Source: an uncultured Planctomycetota bacterium (GTDB lineage: Bacteria; Planctomycetota; Planctomycetia; Isosphaerales; Isosphaeraceae). From it: DNA of 64,000 nt. Below the pieces are notes generated by a model that worked only from the letters and a program-made list of their open reading frames with translations, was not told the DNA's origin and ran no database searches. Positions 11,699 to 21,691 of the stretch are shown in pieces; position 1 is the first letter of the stretch, and each line of letters begins with the position of its first letter. A program made the translations under genes and the position numbers. The DNA lies in assembly GCA_963737655.1 (NCBI GenBank), contig CAVTTN010000002.1, positions 2,592,001 to 2,656,000 on the forward strand. The letters are read 5' to 3'.

Positions 11699-12055
11699 GG
11701 GGGAAAGCCTCGTAAACCCTTGCCCAAAATCTCTTACCAGGCCGGGCCGGATTCGCAAGCGTCCTCCTACCGGAGCGGAAAATCGCGAGGAATCGCGGCA
11801 TCCCGCCGTCCGACCCGGTAGTCTTCCGGTAGTCGCGGAGGTGACGTCCACGACGCGGATGGACGTCCCTGGTCATCCGGCCCGCGGTCGATCTCAGGCC
11901 CTCCGGCCGAGCGGGTCGGCCGGGTACATCCGGGGCTCGGCGTCCGTCGATTCAAGGAAAATCCCTTGCGGCCCCGCCTCACCCGCCTCAGGAGGACTCG
12001 GTCGGGATGGGTGGACGCCGCGTCCACCCCGCCGCGTCCCGGGCCTCGGTCGGGT
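11699..12055 (-). repeat. Inverted diverged copy of the island right-end segment 45304-45650
   Basis: Collinear identity blocks, e.g. CCACCCATCCCGACCG.GTCCTCCTGA, CTACCGGA.GACTACCGG, GCGATTCC.CGCG, GGCTTTCCCCC. Confidence 0.75.
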
Positions 12056-12182
12056 CGTAGGAGGCCCGGCCCATCGATCCCCGTGCTCCACCCGCAGGCT
12101 TCAATCGTTCCCCGTGGGGGCATGAGGGGCGGTCCGCCCGACATTAGCGGTGGGGCGCCCGGATGGCCCTCGGCGCCCGAGG

Positions 12183-13400
12183 CAGGGTCGATCGGTTATT
12201 TAATCTGTAGTAGACTCCCGGTTCCTCTCTGGGAGTGTATGACACCGATGACCTACGCACCCCCCGGCAGCCTGCTCGCATTCCTCGCCGAGGTCCCCGA
12301 CCCGCGGTCCCGGCACGGCCGGAGGCATCCGATGGTCGCGATGCTGGCCCACGCCTGCTGCGCCATCCTCTGCGGGTGCCGCGGCTATGCCGCCATCGCC
12401 CAGTGGGGCCGGGACCAGCCGATCGAGCTCATGCACCGCCTCGGCTACCGCCGCCGGCCCGCCTCCTTCGGCGCCTTCCAGGCCCTCTTCGCCCGCCTCC
12501 CGGCCGACGCCCTGGAGGCCGCCGTGGCCCGCTGGGCCGAGCACCTGCTGGGGCCGCGGGCCGGCCCGGGCCTGCGGGCCGTGGCGCTCGACGGCAAGTC
12601 CTCCCGCGGCAGCGGCACGGCCGCCGCCCCCGCGGTCCACCTGCTGGCGGCCCTGGACCAGCAGACCGGGTGCGTGCTGGCCCAGGCCCGCGTCCCGGCC
12701 GAGACCAACGAGCACAAGGCGGCGCTGCGGCTCCTGGAGGGGATGGTGCTGGAGGGCCGCGTGATCACCGGCGACGCGGCGTTCTGCCAGCGCGATCTGT
12801 GCCGCCAGGTGGTCGACGCCGGCGGCCACTACCTGGTCAAGGTCGACGACAACCAGCCGACCCTGAAGGCGGACATCGCGGCCGCCTTCGGGCCGGCCTT
12901 TTCCCCCCTACGGCCGGCGGAAGGCGGCCGAGCAGGCCGACGTGGCGACGGCCCTGGACAAGCACGGCGGGCGGGTCGAGCGGCGGGTGCTGCGGACGAC
13001 CACGGCGCTCAACGGCTACCTGGACTGGCCGGGGGTGGCGCAGGTCGGGCTCCTGGAGCGGACGGTCGCGGCCGGGGGTGGGGTGACCGTGGAGGTCCAG
13101 TACCTGATCACCAGCGTGCCGCGCGTCAGCGCCGAGGCGGCGGCGCTCCTGGGGTGGGTGCGGGGCCACTGGGGGATCGAGAACCGGCTGCACTACGTCC
13201 GGGACGTGACGATGGGGGAGGACGCCAACCGGACCCGGAGCGGGTCGGGGCCGCAGGCGCTGGCGGCGCTGCGGAACCTGGCCGTCAGTAAGCTGCGGCT
13301 CGACGGGGTGACGAACATCGCCGCCGGCCTGCGGCGGAACGCCGCCCGCGTCCGAGACCTGCTCGCGAGCTTGTGCATCTTGAAACACTGATCGGCCCTG
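12183..13400 (+). mobile_element. ISAs1-family element; transposase 12248-13391 split by a probable programmed frameshift at TTTTCCCCCC (~12899-12908)
   Basis: VPDPRS..GRRH, ALDGK, ITGDAAFCQ, HWGIENRLHYVRD motifs; imperfect TIRs CAGGG(T/C)CGATC; 10-bp TSD GCGCCCGAGG at 12173-12182 and 13401-13410. Confidence 0.92.
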
Positions 13401-13499
13401 GCGCCCGAGGATCGCTGCTACCGCTGGCCGGTCGAATCTGATTTGATGGAGGCGGAGCCTCGCGACGGTGCGATTCGCGGTCCCCGGGAACGATCTTCG

Positions 13500-16400
13500 A
13501 TGAGCGACCTCACGCCCAACCTGGACGAGACCACGCCCCCCGGGACGGCGCCGAGCACCTGGGCCGTCGTCGCCCCCTCCGGGACGACCGCCCCCGCCGT
13601 CCGCCTCCCCGACGACTCGCCGGAGGCCGCCGCCGGTCCTCCCGGCCCGACCGCCTCGGCGGGCCGCTACGAGATCCTCGACGAGATCGCCCGGGGCGGC
13701 ATGGGCGCCGTCCTCCGCGGCCGCGACCCCGAACTCAATCGCGAGCTGGCCATCAAGGTCCTTTTGGAGCGGTTCCGCGACAATCCCGAGGTCCTCCGCC
13801 GCTTCTTCGAGGAGGCCCAGATCGGCGGCCAGTTGCAGCACCCCGGGATCGTCCCGATCTACGACCTCGGCGTGTTTCCCGACGACCGCCCGTTCTTCGC
13901 CATGAAGCTGGTGAAGGGGCGGACGCTCTCGGCGCTGCTCAAGGAGCGGTCCTCGCCGGCCGACGACCTCCCCCGGTTCGTGGGGGTCTTCCACCAGATC
14001 GCGCAGACGGTCGCCTACGCCCACTCGAAGCGGGTGATCCACCGCGATTTGAAGCCGCCGAACGTGATGGTGGGCGCCTTCGGCGAGGTCCAGGTGATGG
14101 ACTGGGGCCTCGCCAAGGTGCTCGGGGGCGGAGATTCCTCGGACGTCGCCCCGGCCGAGACCGAGGCGGCCCCGAGCCTGATCGAGACGGCCCGGACCGG
14201 CTCGGAAAGCGACGCCACCTCGGCCGGTTCGAAGATGGGGACGCCCGCCTACATGGCCCCGGAGCAGGCCCGGGGCGAGGTCGATCGGACCGACGAGCGG
14301 GCCGACGTCTTCGGCCTCGGCGCGATCCTCTGCGAGGTCCTGACCGGCTCGCCCGCCTACACCGGCCGGAACGGGGCCGAGGTGATGCGCAAGGCCGAGT
14401 TCGCCGACATCTCCGACGCCCTGGCCCGGCTCGGCGCCTGCGGGGCCGACCCGGAGCTCGTCGCCCTCGCCAAAAAATGCCTGGCCCGGGAACCCGAGGA
14501 CCGGCCCCGGGACGCCTCGGGCGTGGCCCTGGCGGTGGCGGATCACCTGGCGGGCGTCCAGGACCGCCTCCGCAAGGCCGAGATCGCCCGGGCCGAAGCC
14601 GCCGCGAGGGCCGTGGCGGAGCGAGCGAAGCGGAAGCTGACGGCGGCCCTGGCGGCGGCCGTCATCCTGGCCGGGGCGGTCGGCGGGGGCTCGTTCCTGG
14701 CCTTCCGGCTCGACCGTCAGGCGAAGCTCGCCGAGGCCGACCGGATCATCGGCGACGCCCTGGCCCGGGCCGAATCCGCGAGGGACGAGGCCCGCCGGTC
14801 GGGTCCCGAGGACACCAACGCCTGGCCCCGGGCCCTGAGGGCCGCCGAGGGCGCCCACGAGGCCATGACCGGCCGACCGGTGCGGGCCGATCTGGCCTCC
14901 CGGGTCGCCGCGACCCTGGCCGACGCCCAAAGGGCCGAGGCCGACCGCCGCCTGGCCGATCGCCTGGACGAGGCCCGCCTCCGCGGCGCCGCCGTCAAGA
15001 ACGGAGGCTACGATGGCGACGCCAAGATCGCCGCCTACGCCGAGGCGTTCCGCGAGGCGAGCCTGTCTCCGGGGGATCGTCCGGCGGCGGAGATCGTCGC
15101 CCGGCTGTCCGGCTCGGCCGAGGCCCCGCGGATCGCCGGGGCCCTGGACGACTGGAGCCGAAACAAGACGGCCGCGCCGATCAAGACCGATCTGATCGCG
15201 GTGGCCGAGGGGATCGACCCGGCGAACAACCCGATCCGGCGGGCGATCCGCTCGAAGGACCGGATGACGCTCGCGAGGCTGACGACCGACGACGCGGCCC
15301 GCCGCCTCTCGCCGGCCGCGGCCATGGTCGTCGCCAAGGCCCTGATCGCCCTGGGGATGCATGACGAGGCGATCGGCGTGCTCTCCGCCGCTCGGGTGCG
15401 ACGGCCCGGCGACTTCTGGCTGAACCAGGATCTCGGGATGGCCCTTCTCGAAGAGTCTCCCTCGCGGCCGGAGGAGGCGTCCCGTTTCCTGACGGCCGCC
15501 GCGGCGTTGCGACCGGAGAGCCCCGGCGTCCACCTGAACCTCGGTAGCGCCCTGTCCGGTTCGGGCCGCAAGTCGGAAGCGGAGAAGGAGTACCGCGAGG
15601 CCATCGCACTCGACCCGAAGTACGCCAGGGTGCACGACGGCCTCGGCATCCTCCTGTCCGGTTCGGGCCGTCTGGCGGAGGCGGAGAAGGAGTTCCGCGA
15701 GGCCATCGCACTCGACCCGAAGGACGCCAGGGTGCACGTCGGCCTCGGCGTCCTCCTGTCCGGTTCGGGCCGCAAGGCGGAGGCGGAGAAGGAGTTCCGC
15801 GAGGCCATCGCACTCGACCCGAAGCTCGCCATGCCGCATTCCAACCTCGGCCTCCTCCTGTCCGGTTCGGGCCGCCGGGCCGAGGCGGAGGAGGAGTTTC
15901 GCGGGGCGATCCGCCTCGACCCGAAGCTCGCCCCGGCGCACGCCAACCTCGGATCCCTCCTGTCCGGTTCGGGCCGTTTGGCGGAGGCGGAGAAGGCGTA
16001 CCGCGAGGCCATCGCACTCGACCCGAAGCTCGCCATGCCGCATTCCAACCTCGGCGGCCTGCTGGCCGGTTCGGGCCGCCGGGCCGAGGCGGAGGAGGAG
16101 TTTCGCGAGGCCATCGCACTCGACCCGAAGCTCGCCGAGGCTCACTGCAACCTCGGGATCGCCCTGCGCGGTCAGGGTCGCCTCCGCGAGGCCCTCGAAG
16201 AGCTGAAGCGCGGCGATGAGCTGGGCTCGGCCCGGCCGGACTGGCGGTATCCTTCGGATCCGTGGGTCAAGGAGTGCGCTGCGATGGTGGCCCTGGAGGA
16301 CCGGCTCCCGGCCTTGCTCCGGGGCCAGGATTCCCCGAAGGATGATGCCGAACGGCTGAAGCTCGGCCAACTCGGATACGACACCAGGCGATTTGCCGCC

Positions 16401-16799
16401 TCGGTGCGGTTTTGGGGCGAGGCGCTCGACCATGATCCCAGGCTCGGCGACGACCGACGAACCCTGGTCCGCTACAACGGGGCGTGCTCGGCGGCGCTGG
16501 CGGCCTCGGGGGCGGGGGTCGATGACCCGAAGCCCGATCAGGCGGCGCGGGACGCCCTGAGGGGCCGGGCCCTGGGCTGGCTCCGCGAGGATTTGAAGGC
16601 GTTAGAGGCGTTCGCCCTCTCGGCCGAGAAGGGGAACCGGGAGGTCGTGGCTCAAACGCTCGCCCACTGGAAGGGGGACGCCGACCTCGCCTCGGTCCGC
16701 GACCGCGACGCCCTGGCGAAGCTCCCGGAGGCCGAGCGGAAGGCATGGGAGGCGCTCTGGGCCGATGTCGAGACCCTTCGGGCCAAGGTCCGCCCCTGA
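13500..16799 (+). CDS. Ser/Thr protein kinase with TM helix and TPR repeats (kinase 2), intact
   Basis: ARGGMG, HRDLKPPN, DWG, GTPAYMAPE; TM segment; six 34-aa TPR units; C-terminal YNGACSAALA region. Confidence 0.92.
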   Translation: MSDLTPNLDETTPPGTAPSTWAVVAPSGTTAPAVRLPDDSPEAAAGPPGPTASAGRYEILDEIARGGMGAVLRGRDPELNRELAIKVLLERFRDNPEVLRRFFEEAQIGGQLQHPGIVPIYDLGVFPDDRPFFAMKLVKGRTLSALLKERSSPADDLPRFVGVFHQIAQTVAYAHSKRVIHRDLKPPNVMVGAFGEVQVMDWGLAKVLGGGDSSDVAPAETEAAPSLIETARTGSESDATSAGSKMGTPAYMAPEQARGEVDRTDERADVFGLGAILCEVLTGSPAYTGRNGAEVMRKAEFADISDALARLGACGADPELVALAKKCLAREPEDRPRDASGVALAVADHLAGVQDRLRKAEIARAEAAARAVAERAKRKLTAALAAAVILAGAVGGGSFLAFRLDRQAKLAEADRIIGDALARAESARDEARRSGPEDTNAWPRALRAAEGAHEAMTGRPVRADLASRVAATLADAQRAEADRRLADRLDEARLRGAAVKNGGYDGDAKIAAYAEAFREASLSPGDRPAAEIVARLSGSAEAPRIAGALDDWSRNKTAAPIKTDLIAVAEGIDPANNPIRRAIRSKDRMTLARLTTDDAARRLSPAAAMVVAKALIALGMHDEAIGVLSAARVRRPGDFWLNQDLGMALLEESPSRPEEASRFLTAAAALRPESPGVHLNLGSALSGSGRKSEAEKEYREAIALDPKYARVHDGLGILLSGSGRLAEAEKEFREAIALDPKDARVHVGLGVLLSGSGRKAEAEKEFREAIALDPKLAMPHSNLGLLLSGSGRRAEAEEEFRGAIRLDPKLAPAHANLGSLLSGSGRLAEAEKAYREAIALDPKLAMPHSNLGGLLAGSGRRAEAEEEFREAIALDPKLAEAHCNLGIALRGQGRLREALEELKRGDELGSARPDWRYPSDPWVKECAAMVALEDRLPALLRGQDSPKDDAERLKLGQLGYDTRRFAASVRFWGEALDHDPRLGDDRRTLVRYNGACSAALAASGAGVDDPKPDQAARDALRGRALGWLREDLKALEAFALSAEKGNREVVAQTLAHWKGDADLASVRDRDALAKLPEAERKAWEALWADVETLRAKVRP
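15540..16150 (+). repeat. Six near-identical 102-bp TPR-coding tandem units
   Basis: GAGGCCATCGCACTCGACCCGAAG at 15597, 15699, 15801, 16005, 16107; variant at 15903. Confidence 0.85.
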
Positions 16800-17065
16800 T
16801 CGCCCCGGCCCGGGGGGATCGCCGAGGGTCCCTCGCACGGTCCTGGTCGTCGGGGATCGGGAGAGTGCCCGGTGCCGAGGGCCGCATCGAGCGTCCTTCA
16901 GGGTGCGGTTCGATCCGTGGAATGGCCGGGCGACGCCACGCCTCACGATCGCGACGCCCGGACCATCCCCATGATCCCGGCCCGGATCGCCTCGGGCAGG
17001 GTCGGCCAGGCGTCCGCTGAAGGCCCGGCGAGGATGCGTCGTCACGCGAGGTCCGGGGGACCGGA

Positions 17066-17200
17066 GTGAACCGCGACGAGGCCCCGCCGGCCGGCCTCCT
17101 AGCCCCGCCGGACTTCGGTCCCGGGCGGGGCGAGGAGGTGCCCCTCGGGCGGGTCGTCCTCGACCCGAGGCTGTCGGCCCGCGCCGAGATCGACGAGGCC
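17066..17200 (+). pseudogene. Degenerate N-terminal copy of the ParB-like gene
   Basis: PPDFGPGRGEEVPLGRVVLDPRLSARAEID versus PPDFGPGQDREVALGRLVLDPGMSARAEVD in 21080(-). Confidence 0.65.
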
Positions 17201-17868
17201 CCGGTCGAGCCCGACCCGGGTGGCGCGGTCGGCCCTGAGGGACCGCGCCTGGAAGCGGCTTCCACCCCCGGGCCGGCGGTTGTGACGGACCCGCCGAGGT
17301 TCGACGAGGAGCACCTGGCCGAGCCGCTGCCGTCCGACCGGCACGAGGGAGAGGCCCGGGAGCGGTGCCGCGGGGTCGCGCTGTTCCGGCGGTCCCGCCC
17401 GGCACCCGAGGGGTCCCGGTGATGAGGCACCCGGAGGCACGGCTCCGCGAGGGCCGGTCCCCTTCCCGCGTCGAGCCCGGGGTCAAGCGGCCTGGCCCCC
17501 GGCGTCGATGGGGCCGCTTCCGCACCGCCCTCACCGCAGCCGGGGCCGGTCTGTGGCCCGCGACGAGCACGCCGGGTCGCGGGGTGGACGCGGCGTCCGT
17601 CCGTCGGGCGTGCCCGGGTTCGAGGGGCATGCCGGGCTGGGACCGAGGCCGCGTCGCGGTCCGATGGGTTCCCGCCCGCGGGACCTCGCGGCGGGACGTC
17701 GGCCTCGACGTCCGCGAGGCCGGGGCGGCGGGCCTCGGCACGACGGTACGCGGCCAATCGCGTCCTCTGCCCGACGACGCCCGCGAGGCCCGAAGATGGG
17801 GGCCGAGGCCGGGGATCGGGGGCGATCGGACCCCGCTCGCGACCCCGGCCCGATGAGGGACTCGCACG

Positions 17869-18300
17869 ATGAGCATCGACCAGCCCGCCGACCTCCCCCG
17901 AGCCGGCCGCCCCGAGCCGGGGCCGCACGACCTGATGACCCCGGCCCAGGCGTGCAGGCACCTGCCCCGGCGTCGCGGCGGCCGGCCGCCCCACGTCGCC
18001 ACGATCTACCGCTGGATGGGTGGCTCGCGGGGCGTGAAGCTGGACTACGTCCAGGTCGGCGGTACCAGGTGCGTGACGCTGGCCGGCCTGTACCGCTTCT
18101 TCGATGAGCTCAAGGCGGCCAAGGCGGCCCGGGCCGGCGACGCCCCGGCCCCGCCGTCGAGGACGCCGTCGGCCCGGGCCCGGCGCTGGCGGCCGTCGAT
18201 CGCGAGCTCGACCGGCTCGGGGTCTGACCGGGGCCCTGGACGCGGCGTCCACGCGCCAGGGCCGACTGCCCCGAGGAACAGGATCGGCCGAAATAAATAG
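17869..18300 (+). CDS. DUF1580-family HTH protein (excisionase-like)
   Basis: LMTPAQACRHLPRRRGGRPPHVATIYRW..G.RGVKL..VQVGG.R.VTLAGLYRFF; GAGGGA RBS; C-terminus may be frameshifted. Confidence 0.8.
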   Translation: MSIDQPADLPRAGRPEPGPHDLMTPAQACRHLPRRRGGRPPHVATIYRWMGGSRGVKLDYVQVGGTRCVTLAGLYRFFDELKAAKAARAGDAPAPPSRTPSARARRWRPSIASSTGSGSDRGPGRGVHAPGPTAPRNRIGRNK

Positions 18301-18341
18301 TCCACATATCATATTTTCCCGACTTGATCAACCCCAGAGGC

Positions 18342-19080
18342 TCACGATCCTGGGGTCGGGGCGATGCCTCGCGGGCCGGCACCTGGCGGCGTCGCCCAGG
18401 TAAAAGGCGACGACGGCATGCCCTGGTGGCCGGCCTGGGGCGGGACCCGGCGATGAGCCGAGGAGGCCCCGCCCCGGGCCGGCCGCATGATCGCCTCGAG
18501 CGCCCCGAGCAGTGTCGCGATGCCCTCGCGGGGGTGGCGGAGCCACTCGTAGGGCTCGCCGATCTCGGGGTGGAGCGAGCCGGCACCGACGACATAGCCC
18601 CCGACGCCCTTGAGGTCCAGGCCCGGGAAGCCTTCCAGGGGCCGCCCTTCTTGCCGCCCCCGGCGGACTTGAGGAGGAGCTCCGACCGGAAGAAGAGGGG
18701 CCGTCCGTCGCGATGGCCCCCGCTCCGGGCGGTCGCGGTCCGCAGGAACTCGTCGCGGTCGATCCCGTGGAGGACCAGGAGCCGCTCCAGGCTCTCCCGA
18801 CCCCCGGACCGAGGATCGATGTCGACGACGTAGAGGTAGGACCGGTCGGGCAGGGCGACGCCCGTGCGGATGCCATAGCCGGTGCAGAACGCCGGGCGGC
18901 GCCCCCACCGCCGCCCCCACTTGCCGCGGAAGCCGGCTATCGTCCGCCTGGCGTCTCGTTGCCACCCCGGCATGAGCGGCGTCTTGCCCTCGACGGGGAA
19001 GACGCTCGGGCCGTGCGCCGTGGCGTCCTCGATGGCCGACCACGGGACGGCCCTGTACCAGGCCGTCGGCCAGACGACAT
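18342..19080 (-). pseudogene. Second Prim-Pol (frameshifted, truncated)
   Basis: SVFPVEGKTPLMPGWQ, YVVDIDPRSGG, TARSGG, then in another frame GLDLKGVGGYVVGAGSLH. Confidence 0.75.
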
Positions 19081-20021
19081 GCCGCGGGGCCCCCGCACCT
19101 GCTTCTGATCGGATCCCTGAGGTGCATTCGTGCTCGGCTTCATCGCGATGCCCTCGTCGAGCGAAGCCCGGACTCGAAGGTCACCCTGCCGGCGGCGAGG
19201 CGACCGAGGAGGCCGGGCGGGGTCGTGGCACCGGCCCCAAGTCGCTCCGTCATCGTCCTGTGGATTCGCGTTTTCGGCGACGGTGGCCCGGCCTCCGCTC
19301 GGCGGCCCAATCTCGCCATTTTACGTGCACTGTAGTACATTAACCAGGGCTCGGTCCTCAAGCTGCCGTGCGCCCGGGCCCGCCTCCCCGGGATCGCGAG
19401 GGTGATCGGGCCACGGCGTCGACCCTCGGCGGGGCATCGAAGGGCCCGAGGCCGCGACCGAACCGGTCCCGGGCGCTGTTCCCGCGGCGAGGCAGGAGGC
19501 CCTCCGGGGGCTTCCCGAGGCTTCGAGACCGGACGGCCGGTGTGGGCCGGGGATCGCTCCTGCGTGGAGCCGGGGCCGCCACACGCGATACTCGGAGGGA
19601 TGGCCGATGCTGAGCCGACGATACGGCCGGGAGTGCCGCCGGGTGACCATGCACCGGCAGACCCGCGTGCCCCTCTCCGACGGGGCGAAGGTCCGCTTGC
19701 CGCCGGCGTGCGAGGACTGCCGGTCCCGCGACGAGCCGGCCCCGGCCCCCGAGGCGGCCCGGGGGCCGGCCGCTCCTGCCTCCTCGAGGGGAGGACCGTG
19801 AGCCTCGCCGGCCCGCCGATCGGGCCGCGTGGCCGGCCTCGGGCGTGGCCGCATCTCGGGCCGGCGGCGCCGGATCGGCCTCCTCGCCGACGGCCGCCGT
19901 CGTGCGGACGAGCGTCGACGGCCCGTGCGGGCGGGGCCCCGGGCCGCCGGACGCGGCGAGTCCCTCGCTCGCCCGACGCCGCCCGCCCCCCGGCCGGACG
20001 GGCCGTGGCGTGCCCTACGCG

Positions 20022-21080
20022 TCAACGGGTCCGGTGATAGCCGTTGCCGCGGCAGTGTCCGCAGGGCTTCCCGTCCTTGAGCGTGGTCCCGTCGCAGCCC
20101 AGGCACAGCTTCCACTGCATCGGCCCGGGCCGCTCGACGAACGACCGGATCGCGACGGCCTCGGGCGTGTCCCAGCCCGACTGCCCCTTCTTGACCAGGG
20201 CGGACAGGTCCTTGAGGGTCTGGGCCATGGTCGGCAGGGCACGGGCCCGCCGGTACAGCAGGGCGGCCATTTGATAATTCTCCCGGGCCTGGCCCCTGAG
20301 CTTCGGGAGCAGGGGCAGCTCGGCCAGGTATTGCTCGTCGGACTTCTCGTCGTCCCGGACCACCACGGGGGCGGCCGGAGGGGACGCCGCTCCGACCTCC
20401 TCGGGGGTCGGGCCCGACGGGTCGATCGAGGCCTCGGGCCGCGGCTCCCGCGACCCGGCCGCAAGCCCCGGGGCCCGGCGGGGCGGGGGCCTCAGCGCCG
20501 CCTCGGGGCGGCCGCCCGCCCCCTCGAGCTGCTGGCGGACCTGGTTCACCAGCGTGTGCCCGACCCCGAGGTGGCGGGCGATCCGCCGATTCGACCACCC
20601 CGCCCACTCCGGGTCGGCGAGCAGGGTCAGGACCGCCTTGCGGAGGTCGGCGGAGGTCCGCCGCCGGCCCGACCGGTCGTGGGCGGCGTTGGCCGCGAGG
20701 CCGAAGAGCAGGGCCTCCCGCCTTCCCCCCGGCCGGAGCGTCGCCGCGATCGATGGCCGGCCCAGCCTCCGGGCCGCGGCGACCCGGTGGAAGCCGTCGG
20801 CCAGCCAGGCCCGGCCGTCGGCGTCGAAGAAAGCGGCGACCGGGGGGAAGGCGTCGCCTTGCCGCATGGCCTCGGCGTAGTTCTCCACCAGCCCGTCGTC
20901 CACCTCGGCCCGGGCCGACATCCCCGGGTCGAGGACCAGCCTGCCGAGGGCCACCTCCCGGTCCTGACCCGGCCCGAAGTCCGGCGGGGCGTCGGGGTCC
21001 GCCGCCTCCACGCCCCCTCCCGGGACCGCCTCGCCCTCGAACACCGGACCTCCGTCTTTGGTCGCGACACCTCGTCGCAT
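20022..21080 (-). CDS. ParB/Srx-like N-terminal domain protein with HTH and C-terminal CxxC-CxxC
   Basis: YAEAMRQGDAFPPV..F...WLADGFHRVAAA; WSNRRIARHLGVGHTLVNQVR; CLGCDG..CGHCRGNG. Confidence 0.8.
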   Translation of the reverse strand: MRRGVATKDGGPVFEGEAVPGGGVEAADPDAPPDFGPGQDREVALGRLVLDPGMSARAEVDDGLVENYAEAMRQGDAFPPVAAFFDADGRAWLADGFHRVAAARRLGRPSIAATLRPGGRREALLFGLAANAAHDRSGRRRTSADLRKAVLTLLADPEWAGWSNRRIARHLGVGHTLVNQVRQQLEGAGGRPEAALRPPPRRAPGLAAGSREPRPEASIDPSGPTPEEVGAASPPAAPVVVRDDEKSDEQYLAELPLLPKLRGQARENYQMAALLYRRARALPTMAQTLKDLSALVKKGQSGWDTPEAVAIRSFVERPGPMQWKLCLGCDGTTLKDGKPCGHCRGNGYHRTR

Positions 21081-21691
21081 CGCCTGCTCTCCCGGTTCGG
21101 AGGACCCCCGAGGCCGGCCCGCCGTGGTGACGGTCCAGTACGCCGTGGTCGGGGCCCTCGCGACCGGACGCATGCTCGCCGATCGGGACGATGCGCGGCA
21201 GTGGACGGCCGGCGGATGGGGCGGCCGGGACGCCCCCCGAGGCCCCGCGGGGCGGAAGCCGCTTCCGGGGACCGGGGCCGCGACGGTCGGAGGTGGGCGG
21301 TCGGTCTCGGCGTGGGGCCCCGGCCGTAGGGGCCAAGCCACGCCCCCCGGGCACGCCGGCGGGACGGCCGGCCGGCGGGCGAGGCCGGGGCCGGGGCCGA
21401 CGAGACGGGCCGGGGCCGGGGCCGGGGCCGGGGGACGTCACCCCCCCGCCCGGCCGGGCGGGGCGGGTCGGAGGTCGTCCGCGGCCCGGGGGCCGTGCCG
21501 AGACGCGGCGGGGCCGGGATCGTCGAAGCCCCCCGCCTCGGGTCGACAGCGACGACCGAACCGGCCGCCGAGCGGCGAGGCCCGCCCGGGCGGGGTCGGT
21601 CCCGAGGCACGCCCGAGTGGGAGGTCGGGCGGCGGCGAGGCGGTGGGTCCCCAGGTCGGTGGCGAACGATCCGTCTGTCCCTGAGGATCGA

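Noticed and set aside
12837..16433. Long antisense ORFs (also 46358-48922, 23890-25797, 31794-33716 and others)
   Set aside because: Shadow ORFs of real genes in high-GC DNA with no recognisable motifs
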